Origin: Minisyncoccia bacterium
Lineage (GTDB): Bacteria > Patescibacteriota > Minisyncoccia > Phycocordibacterales > UBA9973
Direction: 5' to 3'
Length of the DNA: 64,000 bases
Assembly (NCBI GenBank): GCA_965656375.1
Contig: CBFHKH010000001.1
Location: forward strand, 13,432-77,431
Below the pieces are notes generated by a model. The model saw only the letters and a list, made by a program, of their open reading frames with translations, ran no database searches and was not told the DNA's origin. Of the stretch, positions 20,101-28,693 are shown piece after piece. Position numbers and translations under genes: made by a program. Within the stretch, counting starts at the first letter, position 1, and each line of letters starts with the position of its first letter.

Positions 20101-23100
20101 CATGGAGTACAGCCGGTACGTACGACGGATGGAACGCGGTATCTGGATTTACTGGGAACTTCTTGGATGCTCACGTAAACGGAGGAGCGAGTGTCTTCAG
20201 TGTCGACTACACTGGCAAGGTCAATGGCTCAGGGGCGAATTTCTCTGGTCTCACCGCATCATCTGCTGTCTATACAGACGGTTCAAAAAATCTCACCTCA
20301 AGCGCGCCAAGTTCTGGCACCATCGGTTACTGGGCGCGAACTGGAACTCAACTTTCACCTGCATCAATTGGTGACGAAGTAAATATTGGAAATACAACTG
20401 ATCAAGGTGCGTATACACTTCAGAATACAGGGAACTTTTATAATAGTGGCTCAATCGTACAAGTCAGTCCAAGCTTCACAGGTACTCACACCATTGCGTT
20501 TAGTGCTAACAATCAAATAACTTTTACAAATAGTGGAATCGGTGCGTACATGGTAGTAGGAGCAGGTAACTTTGTTGACTTCCAGGGGCAGTCAGTTAGA
20601 TCTACTGGTCGTGGATATATTGCGGGCTCAACAGTAGCAGGAACTTCTCCATTTTCTATAAGCACTGTTCCGGCACAATCATCTGGTACGACTGATAACA
20701 ACTCAATATCAATTACTCAGACGATAAACAACACTGGAACATATTCTGGAGTGTATCGAGGATTTTACTACAATCCGACACTTACATCCCTCACTGGTAC
20801 GACACATCGAGCAATTGAAACGGTAACAGGCGATGTAATCTTAGGTAGTACTAGTGGTAATGTTGGAATCGGGAACCCTACTCCTTTTAGCGGTGCAACT
20901 GTCGCACCATCACTAGAAATCGGAACAACAGGCACAGCAAGTGGTAACCTTATTGTTCGAGGATTTTCAGCACTTGGCAGTACACAAGCTAACGGTTTTG
21001 GTGCGGTTGGTTCAAACTACTATTTGGATTCTTCTAATGCTATACGCAGAAAAAATGGAGATTTCGTATCTGTCCTTGAGTTTCCATCAGGAGGATTTGC
21101 ATTCAAAACATCAGGGAATGGGGCAGCTAACTCTAGTGTGTCACTAACAACTCTCTGGAATATTGCAGCAAGTGGAAATATTACCGCTGGTACTGATAAT
21201 GCATATGATATCGGCGCAAGTGGAGCGAACCGAGCAAGGGACTTCTTTTTAGGAAGAGATGCGGTAATAGGTAGGAACTTTACTATTACAAACGGAAATA
21301 TAAATGCAACGAGTTCTCTCACATCTATAGCAGGTTCAGGTAACGGAAATCTATTTACAACAAATCATACAGTCAATACTTCAGCCTCATATCTTGGTAC
21401 GAACTTCCTTTCAAATGTATCCACTGCTTCAGGTGCCGGTGGAACTGTTGTTGCCCAGCAAGCAACAGTAAACTACTCTGCAACAGCAAATCATATTTCA
21501 GGTATAACTGGGTATCAAATTGATGTTAATCATACGGGTAGTGGAACATTATCGTCTGTATCAGGATTGGTTTCTCAAGGATTTGTTGGAAACAGTGCAA
21601 CAGTATCAAATTATTATGCATTTAAAACACTCGGATTGTTTACCCCGGCGACAGGTGCGGTCACTACTCAGTACGGATACTATTATGACCAAGCATATAT
21701 CACACCTGGTATAGGCTACGCATTTTATTCAAAAGTAAATCCGTCAGGAGGAACACTTGCATCTGCTGCTTCAACTGCTATTAGTATTATCCCTGGTAAT
21801 AGTATTATTCAGATTGGAGGTCAAACCTCCTCATTTCCAGCGTTAAAGCGAAACGGTACGGCAATAAACTTCAGATTGGCGGACGATTCTGCAGATGCGG
21901 CGATCACTGCTTCTGGTGCTACATTCTCTGGCCTTGGAGGTGGGGGTACTCAATGTGTGCAGACAAACAATACGGGAGTACTCTCGGCAGCAGCGTGTGG
22001 TGGAGGTGCGACTCGTCTCGATCAAATCACTGCTGCAACAGGAACTAACAGTATCGACTCGCTCAACTTCGATCAAACATGGAATTGGTCCACTGCTTCT
22101 ACCAGCAGTCCAATGACGCTCACTGCAAACGCTCTTTCGAGTGGCTCACTTCTCACACTTTCTTCAAATAGTACACAGGCAAGTGGAGGTAGCCAGTCAT
22201 TATTGAAAATTGATCTTTCAGGTGCGAATGCAAATACTGGAGAATCTACTTTTGGTGCTAATATATCGAACGGTCACACTGGGACTTCGGGAACTAATTA
22301 TGGAGTAAATTCTATTGCGTACGGTGGGGATACTAATTACGGTTTGTATGCTAGTGGATCTGGAAACGGAACTCAGAATATCGGTGTTGGCGCTGATGCG
22401 TATACTACTAACAATGCTACGGAAAATATTGGACTCATGGCTACTGCTTCAGGAGGTCTGCTAAATTACGCTATCATTGTCCCTCCTACCTACGGTAATG
22501 TTGGTATCGGAAATAGTGCTCCAGGAAGTTTACTTACTGTAGGTTCATCATCACAGTTTAGTGTCACCTCTGCTGGTGTAACCACTATTACTGCATCAAG
22601 TTCCAGTGCATTTACTGTTGCAAAGACTGGAACTAATTATGCGCTCCAAGTTGATACATCAACCGGTTCTGCGGTAACAGGGCTCAAGATTAAAAATAAC
22701 GCAGCCACCGGTGGTGTAGCACTCTCAGCTATTTCTTCAGGTACCAATGAATTCCTCACACTCGACGCAAAAGGAACAGGTGAAGTTCGTATTGGTGGTA
22801 TCTCTACGGGCGACGTTCTCCTTGCAGGAGGTTCAGCAGCAACAGGTTGTACGGTTGCAAACTCAACTGGAAATCTGACCTGTTCCGGCAACATCATCGG
22901 TGGAACTACTGGTACTATCGGCTACTGGTCTCGCTCAGGTACTACACTTACTCCTGCAACAGGAAATGATATCCTCTCAATCCCAACTACAAATACATCT
23001 GGTGCAGACCTTGCAATCACAAACACTGGTGCATATACAGGTACAGGAATATTCAATCTCACTGCAAACTCAGCAACGACGGGTACACTTGCGAGTATTT

Positions 23101-25289
23101 CATCATCATCACTGACCTCAGGTATGCTTGCAAAATATCTTCTCTCAGGATCATCAGCAGTTGCTACTGCCGCAAATTCTGGTTCTATTGCGACATTTGC
23201 TTCAACTGCGACTGGATTTACCGCTGCAACGCAGGCACTTGTCGCCGTGAATTCAAGTGGAACAAACGGAACTACTGGTGTAACAATTCAAGGTATTAAT
23301 TCTACGGTGACGAATGCAGGTACTACGAGTACCAATGTTGCGGGCTTCTTCAGTGCATCAGGTGGAACGAACAACTATGCGCTTATCGTGCCTTCAGGAG
23401 GAGGAAGAGTGGGTATAGGAACAAGTACTCCAACTGCTACGCTCTATGTCACTCAAGCTGCTATGACCTCAGTCGGTTCAGGAAGCGGTACGAACAATAT
23501 TGCGCCGCTTACGATTCTTGGAGGAGCAGGCGGTGCTACTTCTGCAACGTCAGGAACGGTGTTTGGAGGTAATGCTGGTGCTATAAATCTTACTGGTGGA
23601 AATGGTGGAGCTATTACTGGTACCCCAGGTACAGGCTTCGGTGGTAACGGAGGAACGATTAATCTTACTGGAGGAGATGGAGGACTCGGTACGACATTTG
23701 GTGGAGCTGGTGGAAACGTCGAAATTGCAGCTGGCGTTGGAGGATTTTCAACCGGTGTATCAGGAGTGGGAGGATATGCTGCACTTAAAGGAGGGAATGG
23801 TGGCTCGACGAATGGGACTGGTGGCAATGTCTACTTGATCGGTGGAGCAAAAAGTGGTTCTGGATCCGACGGTAATATCTACTTGAATGTTTCACCATCA
23901 CTCACTGTCCGCGGACTCACTGGTATCGGTACAACAAACGCAGTCTATCGTCTTGATGTTCTCAATGACGCCGCAGGACAAACTACATCAAATCGCATCG
24001 CGAACTTCTCAAATGCTGGAGCAACATTCAATACAACGAGTGGAGCGCTCTTGTCCTATGGAGGATATTTCTCCTCGACATCAACTCGATCAACCGGAGC
24101 AAATGATTTGAACAACGTAGCTCTCTATGCGACTGCTTCTGGTGCGCAGAATAACTACGCGGCGATCTTTGATCAGGGAAATGTTGGTATCGGAACCGCA
24201 ACTCCGAACACCTCTTTGCATATCCTTGGCACTCCAAACGTTAATGCTGGTCTCCTTAAGTTACAGGCAAAGACGGGAAGCGGCGAAGATGATGCTGGCA
24301 TCACCTTTTTTGCCATGCCGTCAGGCGCAGATACCAACTCCCGCAACTGGCAGATCGCAAATAACTACCAAGCATACGGCAACTTGGATATAATGCGTAG
24401 CACTTCTAATACAGGGAATCCTACTACTGCTGTCGCATCGTTTGATATGAACGGTAACTTCGGTATCGGTGATACAACACCGGACTACTTGCTTGATGTT
24501 GCTAACACAGGAGTAGACAATAATATCTTTTCTTTAACAGACTCGGACGGAGAGTGTCTCTATAATCCAGAGGCTGGTTCAGTCACGGTTACGTGCTCAT
24601 CAGATGAGCGTCTAAAGAATAATATTGTTGATGCTCCTTCGGCGCTTGCATACTTTAAATCATTCAAAATAAGACAATACAACGTTAGAGCATCTGGTGA
24701 CAGAATGATTGGAGTCATTGCACAAGAAGTATTACAAACAAACCCAGAGCTTGTAACAGTGAGCCCAAGTGGAATGTACTCAGTGCAGTTGCCGAGTCAG
24801 TGGCAAGTAGTGGGAGCGTTACAAGAACTCGATCTTAAAATCGCAGGACTTTCATCGCTTGATACGATGAATAATAATTCGATAGGATATTTAATTAAAA
24901 GCTTTTTGGCCGATGTAGGGAACACTATAGAGAGTATATATGCAAAAGTAATTCATTCTGACCGTATTGAGACGAAAACGCTTTGTGTTGGAAGTACGTG
25001 TGTTACTGAAGAGCAATTCTTGCAAATGGTACAGGGAGCTGGCGGTCAAAATTCTGGTGGTGGAAATGGTGGCAGTGGAGGAGGAAATCTGCCACCAACT
25101 CCACAGACCGACGTCTGTCCAAATATAGATGGTGATCAAGCTATCGTTCCAGATGAAATGCATATTGATCAAGACAACAATTGTGTAGCAAATCCGTCTA
25201 CAGAGGGGGGTGAATCAACTCCTCCAGCTACAGATGGCGAAAGCACAGGTGACGGGGAAAGTACACCACCAGTTACTGACGGGCAATAG
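14124..25289 (+). CDS. Giant (3721 aa) secreted fibre/adhesin-like protein with C-terminal S74-type intramolecular chaperone
   Basis: Signal peptide; N-terminal INYQGKL...GLFSVLLG domain; many GNVGIG beta repeats; G/S/T/A-rich; SSDERLKNNI...GVIAQEV..PELV near the C-terminus. Confidence 0.8.
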   Translation: MESLIKNVKKTVVKKKISVVFLVLLIVFSISYSATNAAFNKQINYQGKLTTSVGVAVANGTYNMEFKLYTVSSGGTAVWTETRTGADKVQVTSGLFSVLLGEVTSLSGVDFNQTLYLGVNIGGTGSPAWDGEMTPRKKLGAVPAAVESERVGGFTPAQSASGSQIPVLTSDAIILSGSAAGLTGTSANVLKLQGGSTGDIQFFGATNKISNAGMLTLAGGITVTPFTAANGVVYATSSGVLTQTAASSGASCLISASAGAAPTWGACTAGGYWSRSGTTVSPSTITDKVNIGNATDQGSYILQVTGDQYLDGKLHLKNTDIQEMGTRSISIGADIPSVTDSFFFGQNAATSATGASNSNFLGNNAGYTATYAQNSNFLGNRAGYAATSASGSNFFGYSAGESASSASGSNFFGTSAGNGATSAAESNFLGSYAGGSASSASFSNFLGYAAGYQATSALRSNFFGNSAGQGASNASYSNFIGYLAGKTFSGNNVGSNNIIIGTNISLPNAAANSINIGGILFGTGTYATTTGNASIVPVAAGNIGIGVVSPTARLHLAAGTATANTAPLKFTTGTALTTPEDGSVEYHSSHLYFTIGSTRYQLDQQAAGGGVHLDQIAAALASNGSGIDNLNYAQTWNWSTATTQTPLTLTANGLTTGSILSLTSSSASATTGQKGLNVALTGALTGAQTTYGGYFSNARTGASAVNVGLYATASAAGTNYAAIFDQGNVGIGTTTPASKLDIAGTITTNGDTVSNLVATVSNMNGGTLYGSKIALTAGSGAGAGGAIVANNISTTLSGTTNLPSSIVGLATQTNHGAASGTLTNQVEYQTGPSVTGGATTTTLQHISLRDVFTSTGGTVTNQYGLYINGLTAAATNYGIYFANTPNGGSITSGASTDIAIIPGAGGNVGIGDTTPASLFTVGSGDLFQINSSGNVAAIGGAAHTIANSSGALSIDAASSGALNLNNTGTGDVLLAGGSAATGCTVANSTGNLTCSGNIIGGTTGTIGYWARNNSTFTLTPATANDIISISTNLTTASNKAIEGLQTGATSGTDYAGYFSNTGAATTNVGLYATASGGTNNYAAIFDQGNVGIGTTTPNASYELQIGNGSGSATGRILLSGNGDDEHIMFANSGGNRFRIGQNGTVLGFVSQGTGVGGVGQSFLFTGGTPDTSHQGSLFKISGTFNQAAQVTDGLLVNITNTASAAGSSLANFQIGGSSKFFIDANNGNVGIGTATPGQKLQVEGDVSITRSSFSSTHQIQINNGGNTIGIGFNSPVSTLDIIGSSGSQAYIVSNNAALNVGNRSTGPINFVTQSASGTKWQITSAGNFITGADNSYDIGASGATRPRTGYFGSTVVVGASQIKTLSSTGYYVATRGSLQNPSDGVWLITDAAETSFGRLQLGGTTSSFPAIKRNGTAINFRLADDSADTTITASGATLSTAPTTSAGSYDIITRNSSTGVLEKISSTAMPGGSGTTNYVARWTGTNTLGTGVLYDNNTSVAISDTSTDSVGAKLFVNGAISAVGTIRSFAAKDTYNVAISSNSINAYNYTNPSGQGLSILNVSTGNLALVGGGGNVGIGNASPSGLLSLAGNRTALAWGTTGINFQTAAATYTDSSSSGTVASVVANSFGVPTFAASSATTYTAASNVYIAGAPSAGTNVTITKGYALDVNGPTRIKTNSGSATGLTLTSTGTINWRFGNVATNDFGLFAPTSAGGEVALLNFTDYTDASVPVLRFGGGIAAYGFNPYWGINTTGAGTNYSSDFVVKSFGSTHVTSVSNSSNVLTQWVNSNGDGYFAGNVGIANTSPTAKLDITSTQTATANSQVLGVNLTGTLTARATASDTLYSMRNTQVLTAAANNQNLVGLSIAPTYSLGAFTGTTMFPLDVVGSAGARVRVKALSNGNVELQVGDPTGGGNGGNIRWLRPSGGADGPTISFGNADLAFDNPGYGGFVFTATLGASMSVLKLTNTPYAAGTATTNHPLFYRNGGTAPTTWSTAGTYDGWNAVSGFTGNFLDAHVNGGASVFSVDYTGKVNGSGANFSGLTASSAVYTDGSKNLTSSAPSSGTIGYWARTGTQLSPASIGDEVNIGNTTDQGAYTLQNTGNFYNSGSIVQVSPSFTGTHTIAFSANNQITFTNSGIGAYMVVGAGNFVDFQGQSVRSTGRGYIAGSTVAGTSPFSISTVPAQSSGTTDNNSISITQTINNTGTYSGVYRGFYYNPTLTSLTGTTHRAIETVTGDVILGSTSGNVGIGNPTPFSGATVAPSLEIGTTGTASGNLIVRGFSALGSTQANGFGAVGSNYYLDSSNAIRRKNGDFVSVLEFPSGGFAFKTSGNGAANSSVSLTTLWNIAASGNITAGTDNAYDIGASGANRARDFFLGRDAVIGRNFTITNGNINATSSLTSIAGSGNGNLFTTNHTVNTSASYLGTNFLSNVSTASGAGGTVVAQQATVNYSATANHISGITGYQIDVNHTGSGTLSSVSGLVSQGFVGNSATVSNYYAFKTLGLFTPATGAVTTQYGYYYDQAYITPGIGYAFYSKVNPSGGTLASAASTAISIIPGNSIIQIGGQTSSFPALKRNGTAINFRLADDSADAAITASGATFSGLGGGGTQCVQTNNTGVLSAAACGGGATRLDQITAATGTNSIDSLNFDQTWNWSTASTSSPMTLTANALSSGSLLTLSSNSTQASGGSQSLLKIDLSGANANTGESTFGANISNGHTGTSGTNYGVNSIAYGGDTNYGLYASGSGNGTQNIGVGADAYTTNNATENIGLMATASGGLLNYAIIVPPTYGNVGIGNSAPGSLLTVGSSSQFSVTSAGVTTITASSSSAFTVAKTGTNYALQVDTSTGSAVTGLKIKNNAATGGVALSAISSGTNEFLTLDAKGTGEVRIGGISTGDVLLAGGSAATGCTVANSTGNLTCSGNIIGGTTGTIGYWSRSGTTLTPATGNDILSIPTTNTSGADLAITNTGAYTGTGIFNLTANSATTGTLASISSSSLTSGMLAKYLLSGSSAVATAANSGSIATFASTATGFTAATQALVAVNSSGTNGTTGVTIQGINSTVTNAGTTSTNVAGFFSASGGTNNYALIVPSGGGRVGIGTSTPTATLYVTQAAMTSVGSGSGTNNIAPLTILGGAGGATSATSGTVFGGNAGAINLTGGNGGAITGTPGTGFGGNGGTINLTGGDGGLGTTFGGAGGNVEIAAGVGGFSTGVSGVGGYAALKGGNGGSTNGTGGNVYLIGGAKSGSGSDGNIYLNVSPSLTVRGLTGIGTTNAVYRLDVLNDAAGQTTSNRIANFSNAGATFNTTSGALLSYGGYFSSTSTRSTGANDLNNVALYATASGAQNNYAAIFDQGNVGIGTATPNTSLHILGTPNVNAGLLKLQAKTGSGEDDAGITFFAMPSGADTNSRNWQIANNYQAYGNLDIMRSTSNTGNPTTAVASFDMNGNFGIGDTTPDYLLDVANTGVDNNIFSLTDSDGECLYNPEAGSVTVTCSSDERLKNNIVDAPSALAYFKSFKIRQYNVRASGDRMIGVIAQEVLQTNPELVTVSPSGMYSVQLPSQWQVVGALQELDLKIAGLSSLDTMNNNSIGYLIKSFLADVGNTIESIYAKVIHSDRIETKTLCVGSTCVTEEQFLQMVQGAGGQNSGGGNGGSGGGNLPPTPQTDVCPNIDGDQAIVPDEMHIDQDNNCVANPSTEGGESTPPATDGESTGDGESTPPVTDGQ

Positions 25290-25297
25290 AAGAGTGG

Positions 25298-25326
25298 TTG
25301 ACAATACTATATATATAGTATAGGAT
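25298..25326 (+). promoter_or_regulatory. Sigma70-type promoter of rpoB
   Basis: TTGACA-17 bp-TAGGAT; the spacer contains the perfect palindrome TACTATATATATAGTA. Confidence 0.75.
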
Positions 25327-25488
25327 AGTACCTAGTGAAATTCGATTGAGTTATGGCAGATCAATCACTACTTGTTTCTTACGTTAAGACAATGCACGTG
25401 TCAAAACTACCTGCCAACAATTATAAATAGTTTCCATAAACCCGGTTTGGTCCCCGAGTGTTTTTTTGTTTATTAACTAATTGCAATT

Positions 25489-28400
25489 ATGAAGAAAACA
25501 GCAACACGTGAGAAGAAGTATTTTACACGGTACAAGAAACCGTTGGTCGAGTTCCCAAATCTTATCCAAGATCAGCTTGCATCATTCAACTGGCTCGTGG
25601 AAAAGGGACTTAAAGAAGTGTTCAAAGAATTTTCTCCGATCAACGATTACTCAGAGAAAAAATTTCAGCTCGATTTCACATCGTTCTCACTTGGTGAGCC
25701 GAAGTTCGACGAAGAGTATACAAAGATCAACAAGCTTACCTACGAAGGTCAGCTCAAAGCTCGCGTTAAACTTTTGAATAAATCAATCGGAACTTCCAAA
25801 GAACAGGAAATCTTCATGGCAGATGTGCCGCTCATGACCAAGCATGGCACATTCATCATAAACGGCGTCGAGCGTGTTATCGTCGGACAGCTTACACGAT
25901 CTTTCGGAGTATTCTTTACTGAACAGGAATTAAAAGGCAAGCGATACTTCGGTGCAAAGATAATACCTGCTCGTGGCGTGTGGATCGAGATCGAATCTGA
26001 TCCCGATGGTGGCATCTATGTTCGTATCGACAAGAAGCGCAAATTCTCTGTTGCGTCTTTACTGCGCGTACTTGGACTCTCTACTGATGAGGCTTTGACC
26101 AAAGCCTTTGGTAAGGACGAAGAGGTTTTGAAAGCTATTAAAATCTGCCTTGAAAAAGATCCAAGCAAGAACCTTTCTGATTCATTTATCGAAATCTATA
26201 AGCGTCTTCGCGATGGCGACCTCGCTACTGCCGATAACGCACGTGAATTCATCACAATGCTTCTCTCAGCTGAGCGATATGATCTTTCTCCTGTCGGCCG
26301 ATTCCGCTTCAACAAGCGCTTCGAGAAAAACATGGATGATAAAGAGATGGAACGACGCACAATCTCATCTGATGATGTGGTCTCTATCGTCAAACACATA
26401 GTAGAGCTCAACAATACACCTCATGCAAAGGCAGACGACATCGATCACCTCGGCCAGCGTCGTGTTCGTTACGTAGGTGAGATGCTCCAGCAGAAGGTTC
26501 GCATGGGTATGGCTCAGATCAAGAGAAACATCCAGGATCGAATGTCTACTATTGATGTTGGTACGACAATGCCAATACAGATCATCAACCAGCGCCCACT
26601 CCAGGCTCGTATCAAAGAATTCTTTACTGCAAACCAGCTTTCACAATTCATGAACCAGGAAAATGTCATGGCGGAAGTCGAACACTTGCGTATTTTATCT
26701 GCGCTCGGCCCGGGAGGTCTTACTCGCGAACGTGCAGGTCTTGAAGTTCGTGACGTGCACACATCTCACTATGGTCGCGTCTGTCCGATCCATACTCCAG
26801 AAGGTCCTAACATCGGTCTCATTCTTCACCTTTCTACATATGCAAAGATCAACGAATTCGGCATCATCGAGACTCCATACATCAAAGTAAAGAATGGCAA
26901 GATCACTTCCGAAGTGGTGTATCTAAACGCTCTCGAAGAAGAGAAATACAATATCGCACACGCTGGTATCGATTACGATGAGAAGGGAACTATCTTGGAA
27001 GATCGTGTTGAAGCTCGTCTTTCTACGAAACCAGGTATGATCTCAAAAACTGAAGTCGACTATATAGACGTGGCGACGAATCAGGCGTTCTCTATCGCGA
27101 CATCTATGATCCCGTTCCTCGAACACGATGACGCGCACCGAACACTCATGGGAAGTAACATGCAGAAGCAAGCGCTTCCATGTATCATTCCTGAAGCGCC
27201 ACTTGTTGCAACTGGCATGGAAGAGCTCGCATCACGTGACTCTGGCCGTCTCATCGTCTCTGAAGTTTCAGGTACAGTATCATACGTAGATGGTAAGAAA
27301 ATCACTATCAAAGACGACAAAGGAAAAGATCATACATATCCACTTATTACATTTTCTCGCACAAATAACTTCTCAGTTTTCCATCAGCGCCCAAGTGTTT
27401 CTCTTGGCGATCATGTAAAGAAAAATCAGGTGCTTGCAGATACATCTACAACCGATCGAGGACAGATCGCACTCGGACAGAATGCGCTTGTTGCATTCAT
27501 GTCATGGGGTGGTGCAAACTACGAAGACGCGATCATTCTCTCAGAGCGTCTTGTAAAAGAAAGTAAATTCACTTCTATCTATGTAACTGAATTCGTCTGT
27601 AATGTCCGCGATACAAAGCTCGGACCAGAAATCACTACGCGTGATATTCCAAACGTTGGTGAAAATAAATTGAAGGATCTCGATGAAGACGGTATCGTTG
27701 TTGTTGGTGCAGAAGTTCGCGAGAATGATATTCTTGTCGGTAAGATCACACCAAAAGGCGAGACTGAACTTACTCCAGAAGAGCGCCTTCTCCGATCAAT
27801 CTTTACTGAAAAGGCTCGCGATGTAAAAGACACATCACTTCGCCTTGAACATGGTAAAAAAGGCCGCGTTGTCGGTGTGAAGATTTTCTCACGTGACCAG
27901 GGTCACAATCTTGAATCAGGCATCATCAAGAAGATCGTTGTTGAAATTGCACAGATCCGCAACATCTCAGTGGGTGACAAGCTCGCTGGTCGTCACGGTA
28001 ACAAAGGTGTTATTTCAGTTATCCTTCCAGAAGAAGAAATGCCATACATGGCAGACGGTACTCCTGTCGACATTATCCTCACTCCGCTCGGCGTGCCATC
28101 ACGTATGAACTTGGGTCAGGTCCTCGAAATGCACTTGGGATATGCTGCGCATACACTTAACTATCAGGCAATCGTGCCTCCATTCTCATCTGCAACAGTG
28201 CCAGAGATCAAAGCAGAACTTGCAAAGGCAGGTATGCCAGAGAACGGTAAGGTTGTACTCTATGACGGCCGTACGGGAGATGCATTTGATCAGGATATCG
28301 CTATCGGATATATGTACATGCTCAAGCTTCACCACATGGTGGAAGATAAACTCCACATGCGTTCTATTGGTCCATACTCTCTCATTACACAGCAGCCACT

Positions 28401-28668
28401 CGGAGGTAAAGCACAAGGTGGAGGACAGAGATTCGGAGAAATGGAGGTCTGGGCACTTGAAGGTCATGGTGCCGCATATGCGCTTCGTGAAATGCTTACA
28501 ATAAAGTCTGATGACATCATGGGTCGTTCACAGACATTCGACGCTATTATCAAAGGTCAGACGATCGGCGAGCCGAACGTTCCTGCATCGTTTAATGTGC
28601 TTCTTAATTACTTACGAGGACTTTCACTTGATGTTGACCTTAAGAAGTCCGAGAGAACACAGCAGTAA
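25489..28668 (+). CDS. rpoB: DNA-directed RNA polymerase subunit beta
   Basis: GTFIINGVERV, LSQFM, HTPEGPNIG, GDKLAGRHGNKG, GGQRFGEMEVWAL. Confidence 0.99.
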   Translation: MKKTATREKKYFTRYKKPLVEFPNLIQDQLASFNWLVEKGLKEVFKEFSPINDYSEKKFQLDFTSFSLGEPKFDEEYTKINKLTYEGQLKARVKLLNKSIGTSKEQEIFMADVPLMTKHGTFIINGVERVIVGQLTRSFGVFFTEQELKGKRYFGAKIIPARGVWIEIESDPDGGIYVRIDKKRKFSVASLLRVLGLSTDEALTKAFGKDEEVLKAIKICLEKDPSKNLSDSFIEIYKRLRDGDLATADNAREFITMLLSAERYDLSPVGRFRFNKRFEKNMDDKEMERRTISSDDVVSIVKHIVELNNTPHAKADDIDHLGQRRVRYVGEMLQQKVRMGMAQIKRNIQDRMSTIDVGTTMPIQIINQRPLQARIKEFFTANQLSQFMNQENVMAEVEHLRILSALGPGGLTRERAGLEVRDVHTSHYGRVCPIHTPEGPNIGLILHLSTYAKINEFGIIETPYIKVKNGKITSEVVYLNALEEEKYNIAHAGIDYDEKGTILEDRVEARLSTKPGMISKTEVDYIDVATNQAFSIATSMIPFLEHDDAHRTLMGSNMQKQALPCIIPEAPLVATGMEELASRDSGRLIVSEVSGTVSYVDGKKITIKDDKGKDHTYPLITFSRTNNFSVFHQRPSVSLGDHVKKNQVLADTSTTDRGQIALGQNALVAFMSWGGANYEDAIILSERLVKESKFTSIYVTEFVCNVRDTKLGPEITTRDIPNVGENKLKDLDEDGIVVVGAEVRENDILVGKITPKGETELTPEERLLRSIFTEKARDVKDTSLRLEHGKKGRVVGVKIFSRDQGHNLESGIIKKIVVEIAQIRNISVGDKLAGRHGNKGVISVILPEEEMPYMADGTPVDIILTPLGVPSRMNLGQVLEMHLGYAAHTLNYQAIVPPFSSATVPEIKAELAKAGMPENGKVVLYDGRTGDAFDQDIAIGYMYMLKLHHMVEDKLHMRSIGPYSLITQQPLGGKAQGGGQRFGEMEVWALEGHGAAYALREMLTIKSDDIMGRSQTFDAIIKGQTIGEPNVPASFNVLLNYLRGLSLDVDLKKSERTQQ

Positions 28669-28693
28669 TTAGTAACTAACTATAAAACATAAA

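Noticed and set aside
17031-22928. Diversity-generating retroelement TR/VR pair
   Set aside because: Differences between the copies are synonymous and not adenine-specific; no reverse transcriptase in the window
13765-25289. Prophage (excisionase-like gene plus tail-fibre-like gene)
   Set aside because: No integrase, terminase, capsid or lysis genes; the proteins have TM or signal peptides typical of cellular surface proteins
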